A DNA stretch of 64,000 nt. Source: a virus. The stretch lies in IMG/VR virus record IMGVR_UViG_3300044953_000426, positions 2,458-66,457 of that record; one strand, given 5' to 3'. Positions 39,036-49,421 of this stretch are shown piece by piece. Below the pieces are notes generated by a model. That model was given only the letters and a program-made list of their open reading frames with translations, was not told where the DNA came from and ran no database searches. Within the stretch, counting starts at the first letter, position 1; each line of letters opens with the position of its first letter. The translations under genes were made by a program, and so were the position numbers.

Positions 39036-39494
39036 TTAAGGAGTAGGTGTAGGAGTTGGTGTTGGAGTTGGTGTTGGGGTTGGTGTTGGATAAAAATCAT
39101 CTTTAAAATTTAAATCCCACTTCACTAAAAATGTTGTGTCAGTATTAGATGAAATAGGAATTGGTTCAGCCATTTTAGCTACTGCTATTAAATCTTGAGC
39201 ATCATTATATAAACCTATTGTTGTGACATATGGTGAAAACTCTGAACCTGAAATAGATCCAGTAGTAAAATCTTTTAATATACCATAATTATTTTCTGAT
39301 GTTATATATATTGTATCACTACTATTTGATGAACTATATGTTGTTAAAACACCTTGTGAACCTGACAATAATGTTGGGTTATATGAGGTATTAAATTCAT
39401 AGTCTTTTATAGTACATTTGATAAAAGTCTCATAAACAACATGGTTGTTTTTGAAAATTATATTGGTTATATTTGGTACTATATTTCTAATCAT
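39036..39494 (-). CDS. Virion protein, C-terminal half of a split gene
   Basis: PYVTTIGLYNDAQDLIAVAKM matches the C-terminus of 40717..41751; ends in a TP tract. Confidence 0.7.
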   Translation of the reverse strand: MIRNIVPNITNIIFKNNHVVYETFIKCTIKDYEFNTSYNPTLLSGSQGVLTTYSSSNSSDTIYITSENNYGILKDFTTGSISGSEFSPYVTTIGLYNDAQDLIAVAKMAEPIPISSNTDTTFLVKWDLNFKDDFYPTPTPTPTPTPTPTPTP

Positions 39495-39497
39495 CTT

Positions 39498-40706
39498 TTA
39501 GCAAGCATTAAGTCCATCTACAGTTATATAAACATATTGTGCTCCTGAAACTACAGAATAACTATATGTACAACCAAATCCACCTGGTCCTGAAGGACAA
39601 GTTGTTGTACTTCCAGCTATTGCTTGAGTATTTGTGTCAGTGAAGTCTACATCATCTCCAACATTCAATCCTGTTATAGTATGGAAGTGATCACAAGATA
39701 AAGTTGTCACAGGTCCTATATTAACTGGTGATCCATTATTAACACTATATTGTAAATCACCTAATGACTGGTTATTTATATATTTAGCATAAACAAATAA
39801 TTCTGTAGCTGCTGTAGGTGTTGGTGTTGGAATAGGAGTTGGTGTAGGTGTAGGTGTGTCAGTTGGTGGTGGTGGAGTAGGAGTACTTGTTGGGGTTAAT
39901 GTTGGAGTTGGTGTTGGAGTTGGTGTATTTGTTGCTGTTGGTGTTGGCGTTGGAGTAAAAGTATTAGTTGGTGTTGGCGATGGAGTTGGTGTAGGTGTTC
40001 CAGTTGGAGTTGGGGTTAATGTTGATGTTGGTGTTGGAGTAGGAGTTGGTGTTAGTGTTGGAGTAGGAGTTGGGGTTGGTGTAGGCATAAATCCATCAGG
40101 AATTATACTTAGTACAGCTATATTTTGTTCATAAAATATATTACCAATATATGAACTTTGAGATAATACTGTTCCAATAGATGAATTTACATTACTGCCA
40201 CTAAAAAGTAAATTATAATTTCCATCATCATATATTTTATAAGTAGTTGCTGAAGCACTCACATATGATAATTCAAATGTAGTTGGTAATATTTTATCAC
40301 CAGTCAACTGACGAGGGAAATTAATAACATAGATTAATGATCCATTTCCAGTTGGGAAAAATTTAATAGTGTCTAAATTACCTAATTCAATAAGTCCATT
40401 ATAATATGAAGATGTAGATAAAGTACCATCATTAAAGATAGTACCTTGCATTGAACTTGTGTTAATATATGTTGGTAAAAAATTAGGGTAGAAAGTTGTA
40501 TTTACCATATCATAAACTAAACGATCATATTGACCGTTAGTTTCAAATTCATTATAAGGATCAAATAATGAACTAGTAAACTTAACTCCTGCATTTACTG
40601 TAATTTGATTGTCAGCTAAAGACTCCGACTTGATATTCCAGCTTTTATTAGCTGTATATGGAACTACAAAGTAGTCTGATGTATTAATTCTTTTGAATAC
40701 TGACAT
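39498..40706 (-). CDS. Virion protein, N-terminal half plus TP linker and Cys-containing beta domain
   Basis: [19 protein letters not shown]; long TP tract; in frame with 39036..39494. Confidence 0.7.
   Translation of the reverse strand: MSVFKRINTSDYFVVPYTANKSWNIKSESLADNQITVNAGVKFTSSLFDPYNEFETNGQYDRLVYDMVNTTFYPNFLPTYINTSSMQGTIFNDGTLSTSSYYNGLIELGNLDTIKFFPTGNGSLIYVINFPRQLTGDKILPTTFELSYVSASATTYKIYDDGNYNLLFSGSNVNSSIGTVLSQSSYIGNIFYEQNIAVLSIIPDGFMPTPTPTPTPTLTPTPTPTPTSTLTPTPTGTPTPTPSPTPTNTFTPTPTPTATNTPTPTPTPTLTPTSTPTPPPPTDTPTPTPTPIPTPTPTAATELFVYAKYINNQSLGDLQYSVNNGSPVNIGPVTTLSCDHFHTITGLNVGDDVDFTDTNTQAIAGSTTTCPSGPGGFGCTYSYSVVSGAQYVYITVDGLNAC
39808..40086 (-). repeat. Coding (TP)n repeat
   Basis: GGTGTT/GGAGTT hexamer repeats. 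Confidence 0.9.
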
Positions 40707-40716
40707 TGGCGAAACA

Positions 40717-41751
40717 TTAGAAATCTAATTTAACTCTTAATAATAATTCCTTAGTGAAATCTTTTACTAATGGTTTATTTAATTTTGCCACAGCAACTAA
40801 ATCACCAGCGTCATTATACATACCAACACTTGTTATAAATGTTTGTGGGTTATAAATTAATGATGTGTATAATAAATTACCATTTGAATCAATTACAGTT
40901 GGATTAGTTGTGTAGTTATTTTCCGCGTTTTTAACTCTTACAAAGAAGTAACGTGATGAAATAGTTTCATAGTTTTGTAAACGAAAATTAGCTTCTGTAG
41001 TTAATAATTCAAATACTTTTCTGTTATTATAGTTGTATGATGGATTTGCTGAAGTTACTGTATTAGAGCTATCTTCATTCCATGTTACATTTAAACCACC
41101 TAAATCACCTACTGGATTAGCTAAAGCACGTGGGTTTAAAATAATTAATCCTTCATCAGGAATCATAATACCATATGAACCACTAATTGTATAATTTGAA
41201 GAATAAATACTATCATAAGATCCACTCAATAATTGATAAACACGAGATGTACCAATGTAAGTAGCTGCTGTTGTTACAGTAGAATCATCAGTTAAACTTA
41301 TAGCATTACTACCAGTACCTAATGTTAATGTTATTGATCCTGGATTAAATGATTCTTTAAAACGAGCTCTATTAACAGATAATACAATAATATCTTTTGA
41401 AGTATAAACTGATGAACCAAAAGTAAATGGAGTATTTTCATCTCCATAGATCAATGTTCTAAATTGACCATACACATCTCTTGTTGGAGTTTTATCAGGT
41501 ATAGCTGGATTAAAATAAGCTGAGCCTGAACCACTTACATGTCCATAAGCTACAGAGAATTGTACAACAGCATCAGAATTAGATGAAGCTGTTTGATAAA
41601 CATCTAAATAGAATTTGCCTGGTGTTGAAGATTCTTGAATTGAACTTGAAAAAAAAGTAGTTAATGTAGTTACATCTCCAGTCCACATTGGTGAAATGGA
41701 AGCATCTGAACTTATCACTGAATCATCAGGACTAAAAGCTGTAAATGACAT
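40717..41751 (-). CDS. Virion structural protein (baseplate/tail region)
   Basis: [36 protein letters not shown]; S/T-rich. Confidence 0.65.
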   Translation of the reverse strand: MSFTAFSPDDSVISSDASISPMWTGDVTTLTTFFSSSIQESSTPGKFYLDVYQTASSNSDAVVQFSVAYGHVSGSGSAYFNPAIPDKTPTRDVYGQFRTLIYGDENTPFTFGSSVYTSKDIIVLSVNRARFKESFNPGSITLTLGTGSNAISLTDDSTVTTAATYIGTSRVYQLLSGSYDSIYSSNYTISGSYGIMIPDEGLIILNPRALANPVGDLGGLNVTWNEDSSNTVTSANPSYNYNNRKVFELLTTEANFRLQNYETISSRYFFVRVKNAENNYTTNPTVIDSNGNLLYTSLIYNPQTFITSVGMYNDAGDLVAVAKLNKPLVKDFTKELLLRVKLDF

Positions 41752-41758
41752 ATATTAA

Positions 41759-42427
41759 TTAGGTTTTAATTATAGTTAAAGGTATAGTGATTCTAGCACC
41801 ACTGTCTCTACCAATACAAGTTAATGTAGTTGTGATAGTAGTACCTGGTAAAGCTGTAGTACCAAATAAAGTATTAATTGTTGTAGCAATTAAACTAAAT
41901 GAAGTACCAATTTGACTTTGAGATAAACTAGCACCACTAGCATTTGGAACAGTTATTCCAGTAGCTAAAGCAGTTGTATCAACACCAGCACCAGTGAATG
42001 TACTTAAGAATCTTGAGTCTCCTACAGTTAATAAATAACCAGATGGTTCAAAAGTTGATGTTGCACCTAAGTAATTTAATGTTTGAGGAGTGATAGTTAA
42101 TGCTGCTGACTGACGTAAAGTTACAGTTGTATAACCAAGATTCAATACTGGTAGTTTAGAAGTACCACGTGGTAAAGTTACTAACTTATATTTTAAGTTT
42201 TGAGTCTCATCAGTAAATGCCTGTAATAAAGGCATTTTCTCAATTGCTTCACCAAAGAAAGCTGAACCAGATGGATGTGATGGATTATATAATGTATAAT
42301 CAATCTCATCATCAGCTAATGCGAATTGTGTAATCTGAAATGATCCGTCATTACGAGCCATTAACTCACGGCCCTTCTTTGTTAATACGGCATCAATTGT
42401 TACTAATTGGTTGTTTAAAAATGACAT
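41759..42427 (-). CDS. Virion structural protein
   Basis: IDAVLTKKGRELMA..ITQFALADDEIDY, resembling N-terminal domains of phage baseplate/fibre-attachment proteins. Confidence 0.6.
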   Translation of the reverse strand: MSFLNNQLVTIDAVLTKKGRELMARNDGSFQITQFALADDEIDYTLYNPSHPSGSAFFGEAIEKMPLLQAFTDETQNLKYKLVTLPRGTSKLPVLNLGYTTVTLRQSAALTITPQTLNYLGATSTFEPSGYLLTVGDSRFLSTFTGAGVDTTALATGITVPNASGASLSQSQIGTSFSLIATTINTLFGTTALPGTTITTTLTCIGRDSGARITIPLTIIKT

Positions 42428-42453
42428 CTTTTAATGTGTTTTATATAAATATA

Positions 42454-45400
42454 TTATGGAATCAGAACTGTACTAAATATCTTACTCTTTAAATCACTTA
42501 CAAGATCTGCTAACTTAGCATCAACATCAGGTGATAGGTTAATGTTTTTAGCAATACCTGCTGATGTTTGCCCTAAACGTTTTTGATAGTTAATTACAAT
42601 GTTTGTCTCATCAGGTATTTTTCTACTAATAATATATTTACTAATACTACCAGTTAAATTATTAGCTGAGAATGTTTGTATAGTATTTAAGTTTATATTT
42701 CTATGTAGTGCTAAAGATAATGATGGGTTTGTTGATGTTGGAAGAATAATATTTGATATTTCATATTCTTCTAACACTGAGAATCCAGTGGCTGATGAAG
42801 ATGTACTATATAATCTAATTAAATCACCAGGATTAAGAGAGAATGGATAATCAGACTCACCATATGATGGATTTTCACCATCATTTCCAGCAAAATAAAA
42901 ACCATCACTTATATAAGCTCCACTTCCACTACTTACACCAGGATAATATAAAGATAATTCTGGTGAAGCTATTAATATATTTGATTGACTAACATGTATT
43001 TTAAAATATGGAACAGGATCTGTTGATGAACTCACAAATAAGTTATATGTACTTGTACCACCAACACTTACACCTCCACCAATTTGTAAAGTAATATTAG
43101 TTATAATTTGGTTCATTGGAGTTATCACTGATGGAGCTTGGTTGTAAGTTTCAATACCTGGATTAAAAAATACACTACTATCTGTTTGTCCTACACTAAA
43201 AGGTACAGTAACATAATCTGTATAAGATTGTAGACCACCAGAGAGAATAACTTCATATGTAAAATTTAAAGTTAAAGTAATATTATTTGGTACAGGTCCT
43301 GAGTTATGAGTGGCATCAAATCTTATAATATAATACCCTTCATTAACCCCATAGCTTTGAATATATTCAACTATAACACTACTTGTAATAGAAAAATCAG
43401 AAGCAACATAGTTTCCTATAGATATTTGTTTAGGTTTTACTAAATTATATATTAAATTAGCTATACCATTTCTATTCCATAATACAGGATAAAATCTAAA
43501 TCCACCAGCAAAAATATGTTTATTACCATCTAATAACTGTTGTCTAGATGGATTTTGATTATCAAATAATCCTATATTAACTGTTTCTTCAGTTTTAAAA
43601 ATATTTTGTACTTGGTATAAATTATATTTTTGATCTTCACTTAACAAATCATAATTACGTTTTGTTAATTCAGTTAAATTACTGTTTTCATCAATTAAGT
43701 ACTTAATATAAACATTTGAACGTTCAGGCATTGAAAGTAAATCAGATCCTGAAGCTATTATTTCATTAAAGAAAGCAAACTGTCTTGTATTTTTATCAAT
43801 AACTGATGTTTTACCAAATGTAGTATTACCAGTTGAAAACACATTATATAGTGCACTTGTTGTAGTTGATCCATTATATCTTGGTCTTATATGGCGTTGA
43901 TATGAGTCTGTAAAATCTTGATATTGTAAACTTTGAGTTACATTAGTTCCATTTTCTAATGTTGTTAATAAACGTCTATTACTTGAAGTTTGATTTAGTT
44001 CAACATTGTTTAATAGTGGATTATAATCTACATTCCAAATACTTTCAGAATATGAACTTGTATTATTTGGGTTATATCCAATAGCAAAAGGATTATAATT
44101 ATTTATATCAAAATCATCATGTATAAAAATAGATGATGATGGTAATTCACCTGTGAAGAAATCTCTAGCATCAGAAATCATAGTCACAGGTCCTAGTCTA
44201 CTATCAATAGTATAATTATAAAGAGATTGACTATATCCACCACCATTGCTAGCTGTAATGAATAAAGTATCAATAGAACCACTCTCATTATTATGTTTAG
44301 CTACTTGAGGAGCAGATATATCTACACTTGGTCTTTCAAGTAAGTGTGGTTTTATAATAATACCTGTAGCAACATTAGTTCTAGCTGGTGTAAAATCTTT
44401 AAGTGTTCTGAATAATGAGTTATGGAAATATTCAATTAGATTTATAAAATCTTTATAATTGAATTCATTAACATATTTTTTAAAATAATCTTCTCTTAGA
44501 TTATCTAAGTCTATATAACTATTACCTGTTGGATCACCTATAAATTCATCAATAGTATAAGTTGAACCAAATTGAGCTATAATATCTTTATTAATTTCAT
44601 CTTGAGGTGATAAACCAGTATCAAGTAAATGTATATCCTTTGATGTTGGAAGTATAGGTTGTGACTCAATACTCTTATTAGGTAATAATTGAGTGCCATA
44701 TATACTACTACTTACAATTCTAACTTTATCAGTTACTGGATTGGCATATCCTGAGTTGGCAACATCAGCATAATATGTTTCTACAAATGAAATGTAGTTG
44801 TTTTGATTAGTAAAATTACTAAATGAGGCTGTCCATCCTTGAATTGATTGATCAGGAGCGGTTGAGTTAACAGCTGTAGTTACACTATGATTATAAGTGT
44901 ATAAGTTATTACCTAAAGTAAATCTAGCAGTTAAATCATTATAAGCTGAAGATGTGTAATTACCTTCAAATGATTCAGGATTTAAAACATGTGAGTTAAA
45001 AGCTGACTCAGATAAATAATTAGACCATAATCTAATCTCTTGAATTGAACTACTAAATGGATAAGTACCACCACCAAATGTTAATGTAGTTCCACTAGTA
45101 TACCATGAAGTGTTTTGGGTTGAAGTAGTTAAACTAGCACTTGCTATGTGTCCTACTTCTCCCCAAACATTATTTTTAATATAAACATCATAAGTTTGAG
45201 ATGTACCCACATCACCTATTCTTAAATTTGGATTTGTTCTTTGTACTAATACACTATACCAACTTGTATCACTGTCAGATCCAGTCATAAACACAGGCAC
45301 AGTAGATGATGTTACAGAAGTTGAACCTAAACTAAATTGTAAATATCCAAATTTACCTATAGTACCTGAATAAATAGAATTGGATGATCCTGTATCAGTG

Positions 45401-47328
45401 TATAATAGTTTTAAACTATAATTAGCTCCATTATAAAATAATGATTGGGTAGTAGAGTAACTTGGTGAAGCTCTAAATCTAAATTCAATACCATTAGGAA
45501 CAATATCATTATATCCTGTTCTAGCTAAACTTTGGGATGTATAATTCCAAGGTATACTTATAGTATTTGATCCTGATAGCTGTAAAGCATAAGTAAATCT
45601 ATCATATTCATATTCAGAAGTAGATTCAGTTTTATCAACACCACCATATTCAAGATGAGACATGATTGTAGGCGGAATACCAAATATAGTATTTAAATAT
45701 TGAATAAAACGAGTTGTACCTTTAGATTTAAGTAGTAAAGGTAAATTATGATATAAACGCTTATAAATTTCTTTTTGTTGATCTTGACCAGGTATTTGGT
45801 ATTGAGAAGCAGTGACTAGTGTTTGATATGAACCTGTATTAGGTAAATAAGTACCATCAGGATTTACACCATATAAATATTGAAATACATCTGCTCCATC
45901 TTCATCAGTGTAAACATTTATACCTAAAGATTGTAAAGCAAAGTATACTAAGTCTTTAGATATACCTTCAGTTAATTTATTTTTAGCTTGATATAAGTCA
46001 GTTATAGCTTTAGTGTAAATCCAAACCTCATCAAACATTGTTCCTATTGAACCTATAAACTTAAATAAGTTATTGTTACTTGTATCCTCATTAATATAGG
46101 TTGGTAAAGCATATATTAAATAGTCTTGGTTTCTATTATCATAGTCTGAGGCTGATACTGACTGGCTAGTGTAGAAATTTAGAGCAGCTAATGATGATGT
46201 GGGAGCATTTATATAAGGTTTAGTTGATGTTGTTTTAGGCCAAGTAAATGAACTAGATTCATAGTATAAGAATTTCTCATATCCATCAAATCCTTGTACA
46301 ACACCATTTATTCTAAATTGATAGTTTTGAGCATCTAATTGAGATGTTACATTTCCACCAGCAGCTGCTGAGGCACTAGCCGCTGTATAATCTTCAATTA
46401 ATTTTAATTTATATTGAAATCCATCTAGTCTTTGTTGAGCTGAGGAAAAATGAATAAATGATTCATAATTAGTATAGTCAACATTTATTTGAAATTGAGA
46501 TGAACTTACTAGTCCAAGTAAAGACTGTAAATTAGGATTAACACTTGCTTTAGAAGTAGTTAATCCACTTAAATTATAATATTCAGTTGGATTTACTCTA
46601 GTATTATCTAATTCCAAGTCAAAATTAGGTCCACGTAGTGATGGATGAGTAATCTCAACTGGATTTGGAGTTGATATTACTTGAAATTGTTGAGTATTAG
46701 ATATTTTTTCAGATATGGAAGCTAAAGTATTAACATCTATATTTAATGGGAGTGAATTAAGTAATTTAATTAATACACTTGATGGAGTAGTATTTTGATC
46801 TAAAGCTATATTAATAGCTGGTTGTAGATTACCTTGACCAAAATTAATATAGAACTCTCCAAAATATCCTAATGTTTGAGTTTCATTTATAAAAGCTAAT
46901 GTACCATCATTTAATAATGTGTTAGATACATTATTTGTTGATATTCTTATTTCAGTTCTATCCGCTGAAATTTCTTTTATAAAGAAAATTTTATTAGAAG
47001 TATTAATAATTTTAGGACGTAAAATATTATACTCTAGTATATAATTTCCATAACTAAATCCAACATTTTGAATGTCTTGAGATGGATCAAATTCTAATTC
47101 TGGATATAAAATTTCACCTTCAGTTGAAGCATAATCACCAGGTATTTTATACCCATTGAATGGAGATAATTGATATAAAAATCTACCATTTATATTATAT
47201 ATATTAAACTCAACATAGTCACCAGTTACTCCAAAACTTCTAACTTGGTCAACTGAGTTAACTAGGTTAACAGCTGATCCTGATAGGATATTATTATTAA
47301 CTGGGATTTTAATAATAGATATAGCCAT
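42454..47328 (-). CDS. Large baseplate wedge-like protein (gp7-like) with a LamG-like domain
   Basis: LLKSKGT and DFTPART motifs of gp7/P2 gpI-like proteins; WYSVLV..FSSSIQEIRLW. Confidence 0.6.
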   Translation of the reverse strand: MAISIIKIPVNNNILSGSAVNLVNSVDQVRSFGVTGDYVEFNIYNINGRFLYQLSPFNGYKIPGDYASTEGEILYPELEFDPSQDIQNVGFSYGNYILEYNILRPKIINTSNKIFFIKEISADRTEIRISTNNVSNTLLNDGTLAFINETQTLGYFGEFYINFGQGNLQPAINIALDQNTTPSSVLIKLLNSLPLNIDVNTLASISEKISNTQQFQVISTPNPVEITHPSLRGPNFDLELDNTRVNPTEYYNLSGLTTSKASVNPNLQSLLGLVSSSQFQINVDYTNYESFIHFSSAQQRLDGFQYKLKLIEDYTAASASAAAGGNVTSQLDAQNYQFRINGVVQGFDGYEKFLYYESSSFTWPKTTSTKPYINAPTSSLAALNFYTSQSVSASDYDNRNQDYLIYALPTYINEDTSNNNLFKFIGSIGTMFDEVWIYTKAITDLYQAKNKLTEGISKDLVYFALQSLGINVYTDEDGADVFQYLYGVNPDGTYLPNTGSYQTLVTASQYQIPGQDQQKEIYKRLYHNLPLLLKSKGTTRFIQYLNTIFGIPPTIMSHLEYGGVDKTESTSEYEYDRFTYALQLSGSNTISIPWNYTSQSLARTGYNDIVPNGIEFRFRASPSYSTTQSLFYNGANYSLKLLYTDTGSSNSIYSGTIGKFGYLQFSLGSTSVTSSTVPVFMTGSDSDTSWYSVLVQRTNPNLRIGDVGTSQTYDVYIKNNVWGEVGHIASASLTTSTQNTSWYTSGTTLTFGGGTYPFSSSIQEIRLWSNYLSESAFNSHVLNPESFEGNYTSSAYNDLTARFTLGNNLYTYNHSVTTAVNSTAPDQSIQGWTASFSNFTNQNNYISFVETYYADVANSGYANPVTDKVRIVSSSIYGTQLLPNKSIESQPILPTSKDIHLLDTGLSPQDEINKDIIAQFGSTYTIDEFIGDPTGNSYIDLDNLREDYFKKYVNEFNYKDFINLIEYFHNSLFRTLKDFTPARTNVATGIIIKPHLLERPSVDISAPQVAKHNNESGSIDTLFITASNGGGYSQSLYNYTIDSRLGPVTMISDARDFFTGELPSSSIFIHDDFDINNYNPFAIGYNPNNTSSYSESIWNVDYNPLLNNVELNQTSSNRRLLTTLENGTNVTQSLQYQDFTDSYQRHIRPRYNGSTTTSALYNVFSTGNTTFGKTSVIDKNTRQFAFFNEIIASGSDLLSMPERSNVYIKYLIDENSNLTELTKRNYDLLSEDQKYNLYQVQNIFKTEETVNIGLFDNQNPSRQQLLDGNKHIFAGGFRFYPVLWNRNGIANLIYNLVKPKQISIGNYVASDFSITSSVIVEYIQSYGVNEGYYIIRFDATHNSGPVPNNITLTLNFTYEVILSGGLQSYTDYVTVPFSVGQTDSSVFFNPGIETYNQAPSVITPMNQIITNITLQIGGGVSVGGTSTYNLFVSSSTDPVPYFKIHVSQSNILIASPELSLYYPGVSSGSGAYISDGFYFAGNDGENPSYGESDYPFSLNPGDLIRLYSTSSSATGFSVLEEYEISNIILPTSTNPSLSLALHRNINLNTIQTFSANNLTGSISKYIISRKIPDETNIVINYQKRLGQTSAGIAKNINLSPDVDAKLADLVSDLKSKIFSTVLIP

Positions 47329-47330
47329 AA

Positions 47331-47678
47331 TTAAATTTCTTCTATTTCACTAGGATTAAGACCTGTTACTTGTAAAATTTGATTTTTTAACTCAACATTT
47401 TCTTGTCTTAAATAGTCAAGTTCACTTTGTAAGTCTTCTATAGACACACCTAAATACTCTAAACTTTTAGTTGCTAAACCTAAATGAGACTCATCTGATC
47501 CAGATGGTGGAATTTCAAAAAATAATAAATTATATTGTTTAAAAAAACCATTAACATCTAAATCAGGAGTAGCAATTGTTTCTGTTGATTGTGGAACTAA
47601 TTGAGTGAATCCATTATTAATAATATTATTAATGCTATTACTATAAATAGTTTTTTCTAATTTTATTAATTCAGCCAT
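47331..47678 (-). CDS. Hypothetical protein with a C-terminal coiled coil
   Basis: ORF in the baseplate operon. Confidence 0.65.
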   Translation of the reverse strand: MAELIKLEKTIYSNSINNIINNGFTQLVPQSTETIATPDLDVNGFFKQYNLLFFEIPPSGSDESHLGLATKSLEYLGVSIEDLQSELDYLRQENVELKNQILQVTGLNPSEIEEI

Positions 47679-48772
47679 TATTCAACTGTTTGCATTACTT
47701 TAAAATAATAATCATCATCATAAATGTAAGTACCACCATCAATTTGTGATTTGATTTGTACTTTATAATAACGATCAGGTTCTAATCCATTCATATACAT
47801 CATAAAGTAACTACTTGTAGCATCATTACTTAACTGAGTAGCTGATATGTCAAAATCTACTACTTTAAGGTTTGTATTTAAATCTATAATTGAGTAGTAT
47901 GATTCAGTAGGTAATAATTTATTATATATGTAAAGAGAACTAGTTACAAATGTTCTAGCGGGATATCTATCTTTAGCATATACTCTAAACTTAACATACT
48001 CACTGTCATAATAAGTATTTTTATTGTTTGATAATGACACTAATATATTATTATTACTTACATATGAAGTTGATCCTGGATTGAATGTACTATCACTCCA
48101 GTTAAATTCCAAACATGGAGGATAAATTGTGTTAGTATCTCTTGAGAAGAAATCAAATGTATACTGATAGTTGTAATCAAATTCAATTGATCCAGTATTA
48201 CGAATAATAAAACCATTGTTTGGTATTATACTAGCTGTCCAAGCGGCTACAATTGATGTTACATTAACATTAATATCTTTAGTTGAAAAATAATTAAATG
48301 TTTGAGATGCAGAGTAAGCAGTATACCAAGCAGCACCACCAGTATTACCAGTATAATAAGATGAAGAAACTCCAGCTGGTAGACTTGTTATAGCCCAAGC
48401 ATTTGTTTGATTAGCGCTTCTATATTGCCAACTAGCTCCATTATCTGTTTCAGGAATATTATTAAAACGTCCTGTACCCATATCCCAACTTTGATATAAT
48501 GGATTTATTTCAATATTAAAATTAGTTGGGATACCATCAACATGGGCATTATATAATTTTAATGATGCTGTATAATTAACACCTGATTTAGAAATAACAT
48601 CAGATATGTCATCATTATCAAACTTAATTAGTACACGGCTTGTAGATGATGAAACGAAAAGGTTAGGCGCGTTTTTAGATAAATCTAAAATAGCGTCTAA
48701 CCCAGCATTTAGAGTATTATAATCTGTGTAGATTGTTGTGTCCTGAGACGGAAATATTTTGTAAACACCCAT
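47678..48772 (-). CDS. Virion protein with a DNRLRE-like beta domain
   Basis: QDTTIY, SRVLIKFD, NVTSIV..W..NNGFII, PPCLE pattern. Confidence 0.55.
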   Translation of the reverse strand: MGVYKIFPSQDTTIYTDYNTLNAGLDAILDLSKNAPNLFVSSSTSRVLIKFDNDDISDVISKSGVNYTASLKLYNAHVDGIPTNFNIEINPLYQSWDMGTGRFNNIPETDNGASWQYRSANQTNAWAITSLPAGVSSSYYTGNTGGAAWYTAYSASQTFNYFSTKDINVNVTSIVAAWTASIIPNNGFIIRNTGSIEFDYNYQYTFDFFSRDTNTIYPPCLEFNWSDSTFNPGSTSYVSNNNILVSLSNNKNTYYDSEYVKFRVYAKDRYPARTFVTSSLYIYNKLLPTESYYSIIDLNTNLKVVDFDISATQLSNDATSSYFMMYMNGLEPDRYYKVQIKSQIDGGTYIYDDDYYFKVMQTVE

Positions 48773-48817
48773 TTATATTAGTATTATTCTAGTATAAATA
48801 TGGGCTATTTATAGAAA

Positions 48818-49411
48818 TTACTTCAATAAGTTATAATATTTCTTAAAGTGTTTTTGACGGTCTGGTAAACCAATGGTACCACCATTAATACATTTAGTAA
48901 CAGATAATACAGATGCATCAGAAGCATCAGTACATTTACCTAAGCAGTTCTTAGAGAAGAACCAAGCAGCGGATAGCAACGGATATTTAGTAGCAACTAA
49001 ATCAGGATTTGTAGCTATATCTTCATTAATAGCTTTACCAAATGCTGTATAGTTATCTTTACCAGTTAATTGGATATAACCACGACCACGGAATTTATAA
49101 CCATCACCTGTAGCCTCAGCACCATTACCCATTCTACTACCATAAACTAAATTGGCGATTTTTTCTGGTTTACACTCATATAATTTGGCTTTTTCTTCTG
49201 TTGGGAAGTATTTTTTAAATATGGTGTTCAAACCTTTAGCTCTGTAATTTAAATTTTCATTTACTATTTTGAATCCACCTGACTCATGTCCACATTGAGC
49301 TAAAAAGTGAGACAACTTAACAGCTGTATCAATTTTAAACTTAATCATTACATCTGGAATTTGATTAATTACTGTGTCTGGAATATGTCCTTTTAGTTTA
49401 TTTAAGTCCAT
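48818..49411 (-). CDS. Endolysin, glycoside hydrolase family 19
   Basis: HFLAQCGHES, ENLNY, GDGYKFRGRGYIQLTGKDNY, SAAWFF, INGG. Confidence 0.92.
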   Translation of the reverse strand: MDLNKLKGHIPDTVINQIPDVMIKFKIDTAVKLSHFLAQCGHESGGFKIVNENLNYRAKGLNTIFKKYFPTEEKAKLYECKPEKIANLVYGSRMGNGAEATGDGYKFRGRGYIQLTGKDNYTAFGKAINEDIATNPDLVATKYPLLSAAWFFSKNCLGKCTDASDASVLSVTKCINGGTIGLPDRQKHFKKYYNLLK

Positions 49412-49421
49412 ATTTTAATTT

